Shown piece after piece: positions 56,593 through 59,686 of a stretch of DNA of 59,686 nt. The DNA lies in contig JAUWYA010000001.1 of assembly GCA_030616085.1 (NCBI GenBank), positions 74,692 to 134,377 on the forward strand, in the 5' to 3' direction. The notes beneath the pieces are model-generated. The model saw nothing but the letters and a program-made list of their open reading frames with translations. It did no database searches and was not told the origin of the DNA. This DNA is from Candidatus Nealsonbacteria bacterium (lineage in GTDB: Bacteria > Patescibacteriota > Minisyncoccia > Minisyncoccales > GWA2-38-27). Each line of letters starts with the position of its first letter. The stretch's first letter is position 1. The position numbers were made by a program, and so were the translations under genes.

Positions 56593-58460
56593 TTGGAATT
56601 TATAATTTAAAAGGAAAACCTGTTGATTCTTTTTTAATTCAAAGAATGACTGATGTTTTAAAACATCGGGGTCCGGATGACAAAGGGATTTTTTGCCATA
56701 ATCAGATTGGTCTTGGTCATCGCCGGCTTTCAATTATTGATTTGTCAAAAGCTGGTCATCAGCCCATGTCAAACGAAGAGGCCAGTGTTTGGATTATTCA
56801 TAACGGTGAAATATATAATTTCCAGGAATTAAGAAAAACTTTAACTGGCTTAGCTCACAAATTTAAATCAAGAACTGATACAGAGGTAATTTTACATAGT
56901 TATCAGGAGTGGGGCGTGAACTGTCTTGAGAAATTCAATGGAATGTTTGCTTTTGCAATTTGGGACAAGAGGAAACAACAAATATTTTTAGCCCGAGACA
57001 GATTAGGACAAAAGCCCTTATATTATTATTTTGACCAAGAAAAATTTGTTTTTGCTTCAGAAATAAAAGCTATTTTACAAGATAAAAGCATTCAAAGAGA
57101 ATTAGATTCTCAAGGGATAGTCAATTATTTTACTTTTGGTCATTCTATTGCTCCAGGTACTATTTATAAAGGAATAAAAAAACTTTTACCTGGTCATTAT
57201 TTAATTCTAAAAAATGGAAAAATTGAAATTAAACAATATTGGGAAGCATATTCAGCAACAACAGAACAGGAAGATAAAGGAAGAGAATATTATCAGCAAG
57301 GCATAAGAGAACTTTTTGAAAAGTCAGTTAAACAAAGATTGATTTCCGATGTTCCTTTAGGTGTTTTTTTGAGTGGAGGCATTGATTCCAGTTCAATAGT
57401 GGCAATGATGGCAAAATGTAATGTTTCTCATATAAAAACTTTTTCAGTTGGGTTTAATATTAAGGGTAAAGAATTTAACGAACTTTCTGATGCTGAAATC
57501 GTAGCTAATTACTTTAAAACCGAGCACCATCAGGTAGTTTTGGAAGAATTAGATTTAGTAAACACTTTAAATAAACTGGTCTATCATTTTGATGAGCCGT
57601 TTGGAGATGCTGCTAATTTCCCTGTTTTTTATATCAGTCAATTCGCTAAAAACTATGTAACGGTTGCTTTAACTGGAGATGGGGGGGATGAGATTTTCGG
57701 AGGATACCGGAGATATATAATTGAAAGAAACCATTCCAAATTTTTGGTTCTAAATTGGCTTTTAAGAAATAGTTTAGTTAAAGAATTTGCCAATTCGTTG
57801 CCAAAATTTAGGAGAGTAAAAAGACTTGTTAAAACTTTGCCAATTAAAGATGATTTGTTAAGGTATACTAATTGGCTCACTTTTTTTTCAGAAGAGATGA
57901 GGAACCAACTTTTCCGAAGCGATTTGTTGAAAAATGAAGATAATCCTTTAAAAGTTTATAAAGAGTATTTTCCTCAAAATAATTCCCGAGATTTACTTAA
58001 AACTTTTATGTATCTTGACCAAAAGATTTTATTGCCTGATCGTTATTTAGAAAAAGTTGACAAGCCGAGTATGGCAAATGGATTGGAAACCAGGGCTCCA
58101 TTTTTAGATCATCATTTGGTTGAATTTGCTAATTCCATTCCTTCAAAATATAAGATAAAAGGACTTAAGACTAAATATATTTTTAAACAAGCTATGAAAG
58201 ATTTTTTGCCAGAGCAAATTTTAAGAAAAAGAAAACACGGCTTTAGCGTTCCAATCAATCTTTGGTTTAGAGGAAAATTAAAAGATTATTTATTTGAAGT
58301 AATTTTTGACAAAAAAACTAAATCAAGAGGATATTTTAATTTTGATTATATTGAAAAACTTTATAGATGTTACCAAGAAAAAAATCAGCCCTTTGATTCT
58401 CAACTTTGGCTAATTCTAAACTTTGAACTTTGGCATCGTCAATTTATAGATAAAAACTAA
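56580..58460 (+). CDS. asnB: Asparagine synthase (glutamine-hydrolysing) family amidotransferase
   Basis: MCGI, HRGPD, HRRLSIID, NGEIYN, LSGGIDSS, TGDGGDE and RAPFLD motifs. Confidence 0.93.
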   Translation: MCGIVGIYNLKGKPVDSFLIQRMTDVLKHRGPDDKGIFCHNQIGLGHRRLSIIDLSKAGHQPMSNEEASVWIIHNGEIYNFQELRKTLTGLAHKFKSRTDTEVILHSYQEWGVNCLEKFNGMFAFAIWDKRKQQIFLARDRLGQKPLYYYFDQEKFVFASEIKAILQDKSIQRELDSQGIVNYFTFGHSIAPGTIYKGIKKLLPGHYLILKNGKIEIKQYWEAYSATTEQEDKGREYYQQGIRELFEKSVKQRLISDVPLGVFLSGGIDSSSIVAMMAKCNVSHIKTFSVGFNIKGKEFNELSDAEIVANYFKTEHHQVVLEELDLVNTLNKLVYHFDEPFGDAANFPVFYISQFAKNYVTVALTGDGGDEIFGGYRRYIIERNHSKFLVLNWLLRNSLVKEFANSLPKFRRVKRLVKTLPIKDDLLRYTNWLTFFSEEMRNQLFRSDLLKNEDNPLKVYKEYFPQNNSRDLLKTFMYLDQKILLPDRYLEKVDKPSMANGLETRAPFLDHHLVEFANSIPSKYKIKGLKTKYIFKQAMKDFLPEQILRKRKHGFSVPINLWFRGKLKDYLFEVIFDKKTKSRGYFNFDYIEKLYRCYQEKNQPFDSQLWLILNFELWHRQFIDKN

Positions 58461-58463
58461 ACT

Positions 58464-59378
58464 ATGAAAAAATATTTAATCACTGGTGGAGCCGGCTTTA
58501 TTGGTTCCCATTTAGTAGATAAATTAATAGGGCAGGGACATAAAGTGATTGTTATTGATAATCTTTCTACTGGCAAGAAAGAAAATTTAAACTCAAAAGC
58601 AGATTTTCACAATCTTAATATCTGCGATTTTGGGGAAATTAAATCTCTTTTTCAAAATATTGATTATGTTTTTCATCTAGCTGCTATTCCTAGGGTACCT
58701 ATTTCAATTGAAGACCCTGTTTCTACTTCAAAAGCAAATATTTTGGGAACAATTAATGTTTTTAAAGCGGGGATTGATAATAAAGTAAAAAGAATTGTTT
58801 TTGCTTCGTCGTCTTCTGTTTATGGAAATCAAGAAAAACTGCCTTTGCAAGAGGATATGAGGCCAAGTCCTCTTAGTCCTTATGCTTTGCAAAAATTAAC
58901 CAGTGAAAGGTTTGCTAAATTATTTGTTCAGCTTTACAAAGTTCCAATAATTTGTTTAAGATATTTCAATGTTTATGGGCCAAGAATTGATTTTGATTCT
59001 GATTATAGTTTAGTTCTTGGCAAATTTTTGAAGTTGAGAACTCAAAATAAACCTTTAACAATTTTTGGTGATGGAGAACAAACCAGAGGCTTTTGCTATA
59101 TTGATGATGTAATACAAGCTAATATTAAAGCTATGCAGAGCAATAATTTAAAAGGCAAAGAAGTAATTAATATTGGCAATAATAAATCCTATTCTATAAA
59201 TTATTTAGCAGAAATAATTGGAGGCAAGGTTGAGTTTTTACCCACTAGATTAGGTGATATTCGTCATACACAAGCAGATATTAGCTTAGCTAAAAAACTT
59301 ATTGATTGGGAGCCAAAAATAGATTTTCGGCAAGGCGTAGAAAAAACAAAACAATGGTTTAAAGAAAATGGAAAATAA
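58464..59378 (+). CDS. NAD-dependent epimerase (UDP-Glc/GlcNAc 4-epimerase-like)
   Basis: GGAGFIG, ASSSSVYG, SPYALQK and RYFNVYGP motifs. Confidence 0.9.
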   Translation: MKKYLITGGAGFIGSHLVDKLIGQGHKVIVIDNLSTGKKENLNSKADFHNLNICDFGEIKSLFQNIDYVFHLAAIPRVPISIEDPVSTSKANILGTINVFKAGIDNKVKRIVFASSSSVYGNQEKLPLQEDMRPSPLSPYALQKLTSERFAKLFVQLYKVPIICLRYFNVYGPRIDFDSDYSLVLGKFLKLRTQNKPLTIFGDGEQTRGFCYIDDVIQANIKAMQSNNLKGKEVINIGNNKSYSINYLAEIIGGKVEFLPTRLGDIRHTQADISLAKKLIDWEPKIDFRQGVEKTKQWFKENGK

Positions 59379-59686
59379 AGAAATAAAAATTTGTTATGTA
59401 ACCAGCGTTGATATAACATTGAGGTTTATATTATTAAACCATATGAAGTTCCTTATTCGGCAAGGTTATAATGTTTCTGCTGTTTGTTCACCTGGAAAGT
59501 GGCTAAAAGACGTTGAAAACGAAGGAATTAAAATTAAGACTATAAATATTAAAAGAAAGATGGCTCCCTTTTCTGATATTATTGCTTTTCTGAAACTTTA
59601 TTTCTATTTTAGAAAAGAGAAGTTTGATATAATCCATACACATACTCCAAAACCAGAAATTTATGGACAGATAGCTGCCAAATTAG
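59368..59686 (+). CDS. GT4 glycosyltransferase N-terminus (truncated by window edge)
   Basis: Own translation from ATG 59368: MENKEIKICYVTSVDITL...FDIIHTHTPKPEIYG, open to the window end; not in the ORF track. Confidence 0.8.
   Translation, partial: MENKEIKICYVTSVDITLRFILLNHMKFLIRQGYNVSAVCSPGKWLKDVENEGIKIKTINIKRKMAPFSDIIAFLKLYFYFRKEKFDIIHTHTPKPEIYGQIAAKL

Noticed and set aside
14164..57687. G7 tracts (14164, 57681) as phase-variation switches
   Set aside because: Short, in frame, and encode conserved Gly-Gly motifs (SGGVDS, GDGGDE)
2744..57880. Many 60-120 aa ORFs overlapping larger genes
   Set aside because: Antisense or alternate-frame shadows of well-supported CDSs, with no motifs or independent expression signals

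Overview
This AT-rich bacterial window is almost entirely one very large surface-glycan biosynthesis locus of about 56 CDSs, all but two on the + strand and cut off at both window edges. It holds a CDP-3,6-dideoxyhexose/branched-sugar module (rfbF, rfbG-like, rfbH, ThDP carboligase, C-methyltransferases), two parallel CMP-ulosonic-acid modules (NeuA/NeuB type and KdsB/HpcH-aldolase type), three cobalamin-dependent radical SAM enzymes, about nine SAM methyltransferases, many glycosyltransferases, Wzm/Wzt export and AsnB-type amidotransferases. Scarce Shine-Dalgarno sites and tight gene coupling suggest a CPR/Patescibacteria-like host, which is an inference only. The most notable signal is a family of three tiny palindromic insertion elements (YCCCGTTAGA...TCTAACGGGR, 59-80 bp). 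Each has a 4-5 bp target duplication beginning T-N-N-A and an interior unrelated to the others. Each sits inside a coding sequence yet leaves the gene open: one gives a new C-terminus, one a new start codon, one an in-frame 21-aa insert. A different, highly structured 229-bp inverted-repeat element lies next to one copy. Several small self-contained units (promoter, boxA-like motif, SD, terminator) are embedded in the locus. No transposase, integrase, rRNA, tRNA or CRISPR array was seen.
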